Of a DNA stretch of 41,817 nucleotides, positions 18,447 to 27,608 are shown one piece after another. The notes under the pieces were generated by a model. It saw nothing but the letters and a program-made list of their open reading frames with translations. It was not told where the DNA came from and searched no databases. The first letter of the stretch is position 1; each line of letters starts with the position of its first letter. The stretch spans positions 1-41,817 of the forward strand of contig URBA01000001.1 of assembly GCA_900545905.1 (NCBI GenBank), given 5' to 3'. A program made the translations under genes and the position numbers. The stretch comes from an uncultured Collinsella sp. (GTDB lineage: Bacteria; Actinomycetota; Coriobacteriia; Coriobacteriales; Coriobacteriaceae).

Positions 18447-19679
18447 GTGGCCGTTACCGCGCTGTACGTGCACGTGCCGTTTTGCGCCCAAAAGTGCCGG
18501 TACTGCGACTTTGACTCGCGCAGTTTTTCTCCGTGCGACCTGAGTGCTGCGCTCGATGTCTATTTTGAGCAGTTGTTCGCGCGCCTCGATGCTTTTGGCA
18601 AGGTTGGGGCCCTTGACCATATCCGCACCGTCTATGTTGGCGGCGGTACGCCGTCGCTGGCGGGGGAGCGCCTGGTGGAGCTGGCGCGGCGTATTCGTGC
18701 GTGGTGCGCCCCCGTTGAGTTTACCTGCGAGGCCAATCCCGAGTCGCTGACCGCCGAGCTTGCCACTGCGCTTGCCAAGGTTGGTGTCACACGCGTCTCT
18801 CTGGGCGTGCAAACGCTCGATAACACCGAACTTACCGCCATCGGCCGTATTCACGATGCCGATCGGGCGTTTGCCGCCATCGCGACGGTCAAGAACTCTG
18901 GGCTTGACGTGTCGTGCGACCTTATGTGCGGACTTCCCGGGCAGACCGCAGCGAGTTGGAAGCGCACGCTCGATGGCGTGCTGGCGGCGGCTCCGCATCA
19001 TGTGTCGGTCTACCCGCTCACGCTTGAGGAGGGGACTCCCCTTTATCGCATGGCGTGCCGCGACGAGTCGGTCGAGCCCGACGAGGATTTTCAAGCTTCG
19101 TGCATGGATGTGGCGCGTGAGCGTCTGGGTGCGGCCGGCTATCACCCGTATGAGGTGGCAAGCTATGCGCTCGACGGACATGAGTGCGCCCATAACATTG
19201 CCTACTGGACCGGCCAGGGCTATTTGGGCCTGGGTCGTTCCGCCGCGGGCATGCTCGACGCCGAGGATTTCGACCGTCTTGCAGGTTTGTTCCCCGGCGT
19301 GTCTTCTCGAGGCGATTCGTACCGCGTGCGTCTGGTGCAACGTGACGATGACGCGACGGCGTTTGAGGCCGAATATCTGTCGCAGCGTGAGGCTGCGGCT
19401 GAAGACCTGATGCTGTCTTGTCGCATGACGGGCGGTGTTGCGTCCGACCTGTTGGTTCGTGCAGCTTGCGTCATCCCGGCCGATGAGCTGGCAGCTGCCT
19501 GCGATCGCGCACTCGAATTGGGTCTTGCCACTTGGGTGCCTGAGACGCTCGGGGTCCATGAGGGACCCTTCACTTCGGCAGATGTCGTCGCGGGTCATGT
19601 TCGAGCTCGTCTGGCGCCGACCCACCTGGGCTGGCTCGATGGAAATGTTCTGTTCGAGCTGTTTTGGGATCTAGCTTAG
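18447..19679 (+). CDS. hemW: Radical SAM heme chaperone HemW (HemN-like)
   Basis: LYVHVPFCAQKCRYCDF, GGGTPS, EANP and the HNIAYW (HNxxYW) motif. lepA-dnaJ context. Confidence 0.9.
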   Translation: MAVTALYVHVPFCAQKCRYCDFDSRSFSPCDLSAALDVYFEQLFARLDAFGKVGALDHIRTVYVGGGTPSLAGERLVELARRIRAWCAPVEFTCEANPESLTAELATALAKVGVTRVSLGVQTLDNTELTAIGRIHDADRAFAAIATVKNSGLDVSCDLMCGLPGQTAASWKRTLDGVLAAAPHHVSVYPLTLEEGTPLYRMACRDESVEPDEDFQASCMDVARERLGAAGYHPYEVASYALDGHECAHNIAYWTGQGYLGLGRSAAGMLDAEDFDRLAGLFPGVSSRGDSYRVRLVQRDDDATAFEAEYLSQREAAAEDLMLSCRMTGGVASDLLVRAACVIPADELAAACDRALELGLATWVPETLGVHEGPFTSADVVAGHVRARLAPTHLGWLDGNVLFELFWDLA

Positions 19680-19737
19680 GTCGCTCGGGTAGAATTACCG
19701 GAATATATACGCTGCTGTGAGCAGGAGGTTGCCGCGC

Positions 19738-20841
19738 ATGGCGACGATGAACGAAAAAGATTACTACGAGATTCTGGGTGTCTCCAAGGACGCCACCTCG
19801 CGTGATATTCAAAAGGCCTTCCAGCAAAAGGCCCGCAAGCTCCATCCGGACGTCAACAAAGAGCCGGATGCCGAGGAAAAGTTTAAAGAGGTTTCCGAGG
19901 CCTACGCCGTGCTTTCGGACGAGCAGAAGCGTTCGCGCTACGACGCCATGCGTTCGGGCAATCCCTTTGCCGGTGCTCCTACGGCTTCGCCCTATGGTGG
20001 CGGCTACGCCGGCAGCACGGGTTATGGCAATCCTTTTGAGGGCGGCTTTCCTTTTGGCGGTGCCTGGGGCCAGCAGCGTCGTGGGCAGGCTGCCTATAAT
20101 CCCGAGAACGGTGCCAACGTGGTCGTCGATATCAAACTCGACGCCAAGGAGGCCAAGGGCGGTGCCCGCAAGACCGTCCGCTACACGCGCTTCGATACCT
20201 GCGGTCATTGCGGTGGCTCGGGCTCCGTTTCGTCTGAGCATGCCCATACCTGCCCGAGCTGCGGTGGTCGCGGCCACATCGACGTCGACCTGTCCTTCCT
20301 GTTTGGTGCGGGCACGTTCCAGTCGGTCTGCCCCGAGTGCGGCGGTTCCGGTAAGGTCGTGGCCGACCCCTGCCCTGATTGCGGTGGCAGCGGCCGTACT
20401 CGCGTAACCTCCGAGCAGACGATTGAGTTTCCCGCCGGCACGCACGATGGCGACGAGGTCCGCATTAGCGGCATGGGTCATGCTGGCACCAACGGTGCCG
20501 CGGGCGGCGACCTGGTCGGCCGCGCCCATGTTGAGGCCGAGCGCTTGGAAGGCAAAGCTCGTACCGGTTTTTACCTGATGGGCATCGTGGCGCCGTTTTT
20601 GATACTCTCGGCCATCTCGGGCGTGTTCTCTGCCTTTGCCGTGATGTGCTTTATTCCGTTTACCATGGGCCTGTTCATGGTGCTTTCGGACGGCGTGCTT
20701 CATCGCAGCTTGCTGTGGTGGAAGCGCGGTGCGATGCAGTTTGCCAATGGTTTTGCCAACGGCTTTATGTTCGCGCTCGTGTCGGTTTGGTTCGCGAGCT
20801 GCTCGCAACGGGCCATGCTTTCGCCGTACCAAATGCAATAA
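19738..20841 (+). CDS. DnaJ-family protein: J domain + Zn finger + partial CTD + hydrophobic C-terminus
   Basis: KDYYEILGV...HPD...[17 protein letters not shown], four CxxCGGxG repeats, then about 100 aa of hydrophobic sequence. Confidence 0.88.
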   Translation: MATMNEKDYYEILGVSKDATSRDIQKAFQQKARKLHPDVNKEPDAEEKFKEVSEAYAVLSDEQKRSRYDAMRSGNPFAGAPTASPYGGGYAGSTGYGNPFEGGFPFGGAWGQQRRGQAAYNPENGANVVVDIKLDAKEAKGGARKTVRYTRFDTCGHCGGSGSVSSEHAHTCPSCGGRGHIDVDLSFLFGAGTFQSVCPECGGSGKVVADPCPDCGGSGRTRVTSEQTIEFPAGTHDGDEVRISGMGHAGTNGAAGGDLVGRAHVEAERLEGKARTGFYLMGIVAPFLILSAISGVFSAFAVMCFIPFTMGLFMVLSDGVLHRSLLWWKRGAMQFANGFANGFMFALVSVWFASCSQRAMLSPYQMQ

Positions 20842-20922
20842 CATCAAACCCTCTGTTTGCGGTCGGCCCAGCTTGGGTATAGGACGCACTGTGACAATAA
20901 TGAAAGTCGGAAGGATTCGGTC

Positions 20923-22071
20923 GTGTCGGAAAATAGGGATTACTACGAGGTGCTTGGCGTCGACAGGGATGCCGACGCGCGGACGATTAAGCGTGCGTTT
21001 CTAAAGAAGGCCCGTACCGTACACCCGGATGTTTCGGACGACCCCGAGGCCGAGGCCAAGTTCAAGGAGCTCAACGAGGCCTATTCCGTTCTTTCCGATG
21101 AGCAGAAGCGTGCTAACTACGACCGTTACGGCATTGCCGACGGCCCTGGTGGTTCGGGCTACGTCGATATCAACGATATCTTTGGTGGCATGGGCATGGA
21201 CGACTTGTTCTCGTCGTTCTTTGGCGGCGGTGCCGGCGGTGGCGCCCGCAGCCGTCGTGAGCGTCGTCGCGGACGAGACATGGCCATCTCGCTTTCGGTG
21301 ACGCTCGAGGAGGCGGCGCTCGGCTGCAAAAAGACAATCAGCTATGACCGCCTTGCTCCTTGCGAGGACTGCAATGGCACCGGTAGGGCAGAGGGCGCAC
21401 AGGAAAAGCAGTGTGGCCGCTGCCACGGTACGGGCTACGTCACGACGGTTCAGCGATCGTTTTTGGGCCAGGTTCAGTCTTCCTCGCCTTGCCCCGACTG
21501 CCATGGCGAGGGCACGGTTATCGACCATCCCTGCGAGACCTGCGACGGTCAAGGCCGCACGCCTTCGCACGAAAAGATCGACATCGATATTCCCGCCGGC
21601 GTTTCGACCGGTCGCCAGCTGCGCGTGAGCGGCTTTGGCGAGGCCGGCCTTCGCGGCGAGCCTTCGGGCGACCTGATTGTCAACGTGCGCGTTTCCGACC
21701 ATGAGCGCTTTAAGCGCAACGGGGACGACCTGTACCTGGTGAGCGATATCTCGATTGCGCAGGCCGCACTCGGCTGTGAGATCGAGGTCGAGGGCATTAT
21801 GCCCGACGAGGTCGTTAAGGTGACGGTTCCCGCCGGCGCCCAGTACGGCGACACCGTGAGCGTCAATAATTACGGCATGCCGCGCATTGGCGGTGGCGGT
21901 TCGCGTGGCCGCCTGATCGTGCAACTGCGCGTGGTCGTTCCCACCAATCTTTCCAATAAGCAGCGCGAGCTGCTCCGTGCTTTTGCCGATGAGATGGGCG
22001 ATGACGTCGCTTCCGGTAAGAAGTCGGTGACCGACCGTATCAAGAGTGCCCTCGACGATATCCTCGATTAA
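20923..22071 (+). CDS. dnaJ: Chaperone DnaJ (type I)
   Basis: RDYYEVLGV, HPD, G/F region, four CxxCxGxG repeats, complete C-terminal domains. Confidence 0.95.
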   Translation: MSENRDYYEVLGVDRDADARTIKRAFLKKARTVHPDVSDDPEAEAKFKELNEAYSVLSDEQKRANYDRYGIADGPGGSGYVDINDIFGGMGMDDLFSSFFGGGAGGGARSRRERRRGRDMAISLSVTLEEAALGCKKTISYDRLAPCEDCNGTGRAEGAQEKQCGRCHGTGYVTTVQRSFLGQVQSSSPCPDCHGEGTVIDHPCETCDGQGRTPSHEKIDIDIPAGVSTGRQLRVSGFGEAGLRGEPSGDLIVNVRVSDHERFKRNGDDLYLVSDISIAQAALGCEIEVEGIMPDEVVKVTVPAGAQYGDTVSVNNYGMPRIGGGGSRGRLIVQLRVVVPTNLSNKQRELLRAFADEMGDDVASGKKSVTDRIKSALDDILD

Positions 22072-22080
22072 GGAGCCCGC

Positions 22081-23373
22081 GTGCTCGCACCCCATATTTC
22101 CGTCGTCAACCTCGGCTGCCGTGTCAACCGGGTTGAGTCTGATCGTATCACTGCCGATCTTATGCGCTTGGGCTTTGCTATTGTGGAGCCCCAGGATGCC
22201 GATCTGATCGTCATTAACACTTGTGCCGTTACGGGCGAGGCCGAGGCCAAGACCCGTAAGGCCGTCCGTCATGCGCTGGCCCATCCAAACGAGCCCTATG
22301 TGGTCGTGACCGGATGCGTGGTCAATTTGCATCCCGAGGAGCTGTCGGAGCTTTCGGATCGCGTGATTGCCGAGCCGTCCAAGATAGATGTCGCCGAACG
22401 TGTATGCGAGGTGCTGGGTGTTGAGTCCGATAGCGTTCCCGCCTGCAGCGATGGCGAGGTGGTCGATGCGCTCGGTCGCTCTCGCCTGGGCGTGAAGATT
22501 CAGGATGGCTGCAACCATCGCTGCACCTATTGCATTGTGTGGAAGGCGCGCGGCCCCGAGCGCTCCGTGCCCGTCGAGTCCGTGCTCGAGCAAGTTCGCG
22601 AGGCCCAGGAGGCCGGCGTGCCCGAGGTGGTGCTGACCGGTGTGAACCTGGGTGCCTACGATGGCAAGAGCGCGACCGACGAGCACGTCGAAATCGATGA
22701 GCTGCTCGTGGCCATCATGGAGCGCACGTCTATTCCGCATGTGCGCATTTCCTCGGTCGAGCCCATGGATATCTCCGAGCGCCTTCTTAAGGTTATGGCG
22801 CGCTACCCGCAGCGTATCGCCCCGTTTTTGCACCTGCCCGTGCAGTCCGGCTGCACGGCGACCCTGCATCGCATGGGCCGTCCCTATAGCGCCGAAGCCT
22901 TTGAGGACACGGTGCGTATGATTCGCGCCAACTTGCCCCAGGCGTCCCTTTCGTGCGATGTCATCGTCGGTTTTCCTGGTGAGACGGACGAGGAGTTCGA
23001 GGAGTCGCTGGCGCTGTGCCGCCGTGTCGGTTTCTCGCGTATGCACGTGTTTCGCTACAGCAAGCGTCCCGGTACCCTTGCTGCCGACATGCCCGACCAG
23101 GTGCCACCCGAGGTTATGGCCGAGCGCAGCCGCCGTATGCGGGCCGCCGCACAGGAGCTCGCTATTGCCGACGCTCGTCGTCGCGTGGGCACGGTCGAGC
23201 GTGCCGTGCTCGAGTATGGTGACAACCTGACGCTCGGCTCGTTCCATCATGCCCGTCTTGACGATACCTGTGGACTTACAGCCCCGTGCCTGCTCGATGT
23301 TGCTATCATCGGAGTCGATGATTCCGGCTTGGTCCATGCACGCAGGGAGGTTCATGGAAGCCTCGAAGATTAG
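22081..23373 (+). CDS. mtaB: tRNA t6A methylthiotransferase MtaB-like radical SAM enzyme
   Basis: UPF0004 domain LGCRVN...NTCAVT...TGC, KIQDGCNHRCTYC, DVIVGFPGET, HVFRYSKRPGT. dnaJ-phoH context. Confidence 0.85.
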   Translation: MLAPHISVVNLGCRVNRVESDRITADLMRLGFAIVEPQDADLIVINTCAVTGEAEAKTRKAVRHALAHPNEPYVVVTGCVVNLHPEELSELSDRVIAEPSKIDVAERVCEVLGVESDSVPACSDGEVVDALGRSRLGVKIQDGCNHRCTYCIVWKARGPERSVPVESVLEQVREAQEAGVPEVVLTGVNLGAYDGKSATDEHVEIDELLVAIMERTSIPHVRISSVEPMDISERLLKVMARYPQRIAPFLHLPVQSGCTATLHRMGRPYSAEAFEDTVRMIRANLPQASLSCDVIVGFPGETDEEFEESLALCRRVGFSRMHVFRYSKRPGTLAADMPDQVPPEVMAERSRRMRAAAQELAIADARRRVGTVERAVLEYGDNLTLGSFHHARLDDTCGLTAPCLLDVAIIGVDDSGLVHARREVHGSLED

Positions 23374-24340
23374 ACTTACCGTTCCCGAGGGAATTGATCC
23401 CTCGTGCGTTTTGGGCGCCGGCGACGGCGTCCTTCGCGTGCTCGAGAGCTTGGTTCGCGCTCACGTGGTCGCCCGTGGCGATAGCATCGCCGTGAGCGGC
23501 GACCCGGACGAGGTCGAACTCGTGGTGCGTTTTTTCGAACATGCCTTTCGTGAGGCTGCTGCCGGGCGCACGCTTTCTGCCGACGATGTCTCGCGCTGTC
23601 TGGCCGTTCTGCGCGACGGTGAGCACGAGGCTACGTCGCTTCGCGATGACGTGCTGCTTTCGTATCGCGGCCGTGTCATTCGTCCCAAGACGCTCGGGCA
23701 AAAGCGCTATGTGGATGCCATTCGCTTGCATACCATCACCTTTGGCTTGGGTCCTGCCGGTACCGGTAAGACCTATCTGGCCATGGCGCTCGCCGTTGCC
23801 GCGCTCAAGCGTCACGAGGTGGGCCGTCTGATCTTGACGCGTCCGGTTGTCGAGGCGGGGGAGAATCTGGGCTTTTTGCCCGGTACTCTTGAGGAAAAGA
23901 TCGATCCCTACATGCGTCCGCTCTACGACGCCCTTTTTGACATGATGGATCGCGAGCGCACCGATGAGCTTATGGAGCGCGGCGTGATCGAGATCGCCCC
24001 GCTTGCCTACATGCGCGGCCGCACGCTGAGCGATGCCTTCGTGGTGCTCGACGAGGCGCAAAATACCACGCCCGAGCAGATGAAGATGTTCCTGACGCGC
24101 TTGGGCTTTAACTCTAAGTTCGTGATTACCGGCGACCTGAGTCAGCGTGACCTGGTGGGTCGTCGTGGTGGCTTGACGGATGTCGAGAAGATTTTGGGCC
24201 GTGTTGACGATGTGGCGTTTGCGCACCTGGAGCGCGCCGACGTGGTGCGCCATGCCCTGGTGGGTCGTATCGTCGAGGCATATGAAGCTTATGATGACGT
24301 GCGCGAGCAGCGCCCGCGCGACCGAAAGGAGTCCCGTTGA
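23354..24340 (+). CDS. phoH: PhoH-like ATPase (YbeZ)
   Basis: GPAGTGKTYLA, RPVVEAGENLGFLPG, APLAYMRGRTL, DEAQN. Confidence 0.95.
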   Translation: MEASKIRLTVPEGIDPSCVLGAGDGVLRVLESLVRAHVVARGDSIAVSGDPDEVELVVRFFEHAFREAAAGRTLSADDVSRCLAVLRDGEHEATSLRDDVLLSYRGRVIRPKTLGQKRYVDAIRLHTITFGLGPAGTGKTYLAMALAVAALKRHEVGRLILTRPVVEAGENLGFLPGTLEEKIDPYMRPLYDALFDMMDRERTDELMERGVIEIAPLAYMRGRTLSDAFVVLDEAQNTTPEQMKMFLTRLGFNSKFVITGDLSQRDLVGRRGGLTDVEKILGRVDDVAFAHLERADVVRHALVGRIVEAYEAYDDVREQRPRDRKESR

Positions 24341-24846
24341 GTGTATTGATCAGCAACGATGCCGAGCTCGATACGCTGCTCGACGCGCAGGAGGTGGAGC
24401 ACATCTGCGAGGTTGTGCTTGCCGCCGAGGGCGTTGAACGTGAAGTCGAGATTTCCCTTTCGTATGTCGACGAGGACGAGATGCACGAGCTCAACCACGA
24501 GTGGCGCGGTATCGACCGTACCACCGATGTGCTCTCGTTTGAGTGCGATTCGGCCTTTGACGATGACATTCCCGCCGATGAGACGCTCGAGCTCGGCGAT
24601 ATTATCCTTGCCCCGCAGGTTATTGCCCGTCAGGCCCCCGGTTTTGGCAATAGCCCCGCTGACGAGTGCCGTCTGATGCTCGTACACGGAATGCTGCACC
24701 TGCTGGGCTATGACCACATCGAGGACGACGAGGCCGAGGTCATGGAGGCCCGCGAGGACGCCATCCTGCGCGATCTGGCGCTCGAGCGCGGCGAGGACCC
24801 CAAGCTGGTCCACGTCGGCCCCATCACCAACCACGCCCACGACTAG
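24337..24846 (+). CDS. ybeY: rRNA maturation endoribonuclease YbeY
   Basis: TDVLSF, LGDI, HGMLHLLGYDH. Confidence 0.96.
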   Translation: MSVLISNDAELDTLLDAQEVEHICEVVLAAEGVEREVEISLSYVDEDEMHELNHEWRGIDRTTDVLSFECDSAFDDDIPADETLELGDIILAPQVIARQAPGFGNSPADECRLMLVHGMLHLLGYDHIEDDEAEVMEAREDAILRDLALERGEDPKLVHVGPITNHAHD

Positions 24847-24855
24847 GAGCCGTCT

Positions 24856-25233
24856 ATGATTCCCGGATCGAACAAGGACCATCCGTCCTTCTTTAAGTCG
24901 TTTTCCTACGCCATGGAGGGCTTCGTTACCGCCGTCAAGACCGAGCGCAACATCAAGGTCATGCTCGTTGCGGGCGTGTGTACCGTCATTGCCGGCTGCA
25001 TCGTGGGACTCGACATTGCCGAGTGGGCCACGATTATCATCTGTTGTGGCCTGGTGATTCACGGCGAGCTGTGCAACACCGCTATGGAGGCCATCGTCGA
25101 CCTGGCGACCCAGGAGCTCCATCCGCTGGCCAAGCGTGCGAAGGACATCGCCGCCGCCTCTGTATACATTCTTTCCATCACCGCCGCGATTGTGGGCGTG
25201 CTGGTATTTGCCCACGCGCTCGGCTTTATTTAG
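24856..25233 (+). CDS. dgkA: Diacylglycerol/undecaprenol kinase family protein
   Basis: SFSYAMEG...ERN, ELCNTAMEAIVD, HPLAKRAKDIAAA. Confidence 0.92.
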   Translation: MIPGSNKDHPSFFKSFSYAMEGFVTAVKTERNIKVMLVAGVCTVIAGCIVGLDIAEWATIIICCGLVIHGELCNTAMEAIVDLATQELHPLAKRAKDIAAASVYILSITAAIVGVLVFAHALGFI

Positions 25234-25245
25234 AAAGGGATTCCC

Positions 25246-26277
25246 ATGTCCGACAATATGCAGCCTATCGATGAGATTTTGGATGACGAGGCCGAGGAGT
25301 TCGACCCGTTTGAGGGCATGAGCGACGAGGAGCTCGACGCCCTGTGCGACGAGGACGATAGCCTCGCGGGCTTTGGCGACGTTGAACCCGGTTTTCGCAG
25401 CGGCTTCGTAGCCCTGGTTGGCCGCCCCAACGCCGGTAAGTCCACGCTGCTCAACGCCTGCTACGGCAAAAAGGTCGCCATCACCTCGTCGGTGGCCCAG
25501 ACGACCCGCCGCCGCATGCGCGCCGTCGTCAACCGTCCCGGCTACCAGCTGGTCTTTGTCGATACCCCGGGTATCCACAAGCCCAAGGACGGCCTGGGGT
25601 CCGAGCTCAACAAGAGTGCGCTGTTCGAGCTGAACGATGTCGATGTCGTCGCGTTTTTGATTGATGCCACCAAGCCGATCGGCAGGGGAGACGCCTGGGT
25701 TGCCGAGCGCGCCAAGAACGCTCGTTCCAAGAAGGTCCTGGTGCTTACCAAGGCCGATGAGGCCGACCCCGCACAGGTCATGGAACAGCTTAAGGCCGCC
25801 CATGAGCTCATGGAATATGACGACGAGATCGTGACGTCGTCGGTCAAGAACTTCAACGTCGATGCCTTCATCGAGACCGTTGCGCACTTTTTGCCCGAGG
25901 GTCCGCGTTGGTTCCCCGAGGACATGGGTACTGACGCTTCCGACGAGACACTCGTTGCCGAGTTTGTGCGCGAGAAGGTCTTGCGTCGCACCCGTGATGA
26001 GATTCCGCACTCCGTTGGCGTGATCTGCGATGCGCTCGAGCAGACCAAGAAGGTGCTGCGCGTCCACGCCACCATTTACGTTGAGCGCGAGGGCCAAAAG
26101 GGTATCATCATCGGCAAGGGCGGCGAGATGATCAAGCATATCGGTATCGACGCCCGTCGCGATCTTGAGCGCATCTTTGGCACGCAGGTCTTTTTGGAGC
26201 TGGACGTGAAGGTCAAGGCCGGCTGGCGTGACGACGAGGCCCAGATTCGCCGCTTTGGGTATAACGCCGAGGACTAA
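25246..26277 (+). CDS. era: GTPase Era with acidic N-terminal extension
   Basis: SGFVALVGRPNAGKSTL, QTTR, DTPG, KH domain GIIIGKGG. Confidence 0.96.
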   Translation: MSDNMQPIDEILDDEAEEFDPFEGMSDEELDALCDEDDSLAGFGDVEPGFRSGFVALVGRPNAGKSTLLNACYGKKVAITSSVAQTTRRRMRAVVNRPGYQLVFVDTPGIHKPKDGLGSELNKSALFELNDVDVVAFLIDATKPIGRGDAWVAERAKNARSKKVLVLTKADEADPAQVMEQLKAAHELMEYDDEIVTSSVKNFNVDAFIETVAHFLPEGPRWFPEDMGTDASDETLVAEFVREKVLRRTRDEIPHSVGVICDALEQTKKVLRVHATIYVEREGQKGIIIGKGGEMIKHIGIDARRDLERIFGTQVFLELDVKVKAGWRDDEAQIRRFGYNAED

Positions 26278-26292
26278 GGACGCACGGCGCGC

Positions 26293-27042
26293 ATGGCAGG
26301 CTCCCGGACATATCGCACGAAGGTGCTCGTTCTCGACAAAACCAAGCTCAAAGAGACGGACCTGATCCTGACGATGCTTGACGAGCGGGGTCGGCAGGTG
26401 CGTGCCGTGGCTAAGGGCGCACGTAAGCCTGGCGGTCGCCTTGCGGCCCGTTGCGAGCTCTTCTGCACCGTTGATATGCTATTGGCGCATGGCCGCTCGC
26501 TCGACGTTGTTTCTCAGGCGGAGCTTATTGAGGCGCCGCTCGGTGCTGCTCCTGACTACGAGACGACCTGTGCCGCCAGCGCGATTGCCGAGGTTGCGCG
26601 TGTGTGCTCGTTCGAGGATGCCGAGGATCCATTTACCTTTGCCATTACGCAGCGGGCGCTCACGCTTGTCGGTAGCGGGCTCGATTCGGCACACATGGAC
26701 CTGCTCGTGGCGGCCTTTGTCTTTAAACTGCTGTCGCACGTTGGTTACCGACCCGATTTCTCGGCTTGTGTCTCGTGCGGCGATCCCATGCTCTCGCATT
26801 TTTCGGCCCAAGCCGGCGGGCTTCTGTGCGGGTCGTGCGCGTCGAGCGTTCCGGGTGCCGAGCTGGTGTCGACCGGCGAGGTCGCATGGCTGCGCGCCCT
26901 CATGTCCATGACCTTCGATGCACTCATGGCCGAGAGGATCGACCCCCATACCGCAGCCTTTTTGCTGGGGCTTTCGCATGTTTGGGCTGCGACGCACACC
27001 GATCAGCGCCTCCGTGCGATGGAATTCATGTTGGGTCGGTGA
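26293..27042 (+). CDS. recO: DNA repair protein RecO
   Basis: ETDLIL...GQVRAVAKGARKP, Zn finger CVSC...CGSC. Follows era. Confidence 0.93.
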   Translation: MAGSRTYRTKVLVLDKTKLKETDLILTMLDERGRQVRAVAKGARKPGGRLAARCELFCTVDMLLAHGRSLDVVSQAELIEAPLGAAPDYETTCAASAIAEVARVCSFEDAEDPFTFAITQRALTLVGSGLDSAHMDLLVAAFVFKLLSHVGYRPDFSACVSCGDPMLSHFSAQAGGLLCGSCASSVPGAELVSTGEVAWLRALMSMTFDALMAERIDPHTAAFLLGLSHVWAATHTDQRLRAMEFMLGR

Positions 27043-27180
27043 TGATGCGCAGGGGCGGGCTGCTTGTGGTAACATACCGACCTGTTGGTACCTCGACCTT
27101 GGTTGCTCGCTCCACCGGCGGCTTCCCAGTCCGAGGCGAATCGAGTCGCCCGCGGGCGACGTAAAACGAAAGGTGAAACA

Positions 27181-27459
27181 ATGACTGTTTCCAAAGAGCG
27201 CAAGGCGGAGCTGACTGCCCAGTTCGGTAACACCCCGGTCGACACCGGTAACCCCAAGGTTCAGGTCGCCATCCTGTCCGAGCGCATCAAGGAGCTGACC
27301 GAGCACATGAAGTCCCACCAGAAGGACTTCCATACCCGTCGTGGCCTGCTCATGCTCGTCGGCCGTCGTCGTCGTCTTCTCTCCTACATCAAGAAGAACG
27401 ACATCGTCGAGTACCGTGAGCTCATCAAGGCTCTGGGCATCCGCGACAACATCCAGTAA
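27181..27459 (+). CDS. rpsO: 30S ribosomal protein S15
   Basis: DTGNPKVQVAIL...HQKDFHTRRGLLMLVGRRRRLLSY. Confidence 0.97.
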   Translation: MTVSKERKAELTAQFGNTPVDTGNPKVQVAILSERIKELTEHMKSHQKDFHTRRGLLMLVGRRRRLLSYIKKNDIVEYRELIKALGIRDNIQ

Positions 27460-27474
27460 GGATTTGTACATGCT

Positions 27475-27506
27475 AAGAGCGTCCTGCGCAGCGGGGCGCT
27501 CTTTTT
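27475..27506 (+). terminator. Intrinsic terminator after rpsO
   Basis: AAGAGCGTCCTGC-GCA-GCGGGGCGCTCTT plus TTT (with G-U pairs). Confidence 0.8.
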
Positions 27507-27608
27507 GTGTAAGGGCGTGAACAATCACGCTCTGAAGCGTGGCGGGGGCAGGGGGCCCGCGTCACATGAGAAGCCCGCAGGCAAGGGGCCTGTGGGGTAA
27601 GGAGAACA

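Noticed and set aside
20855..20880. GTTT-N16-GGGTAT resembling a SigB/SigF promoter before dnaJ
   Set aside because: Short match that can be explained by the GG-preceded -10 boxes common in this window; no evidence here for such a sigma factor.
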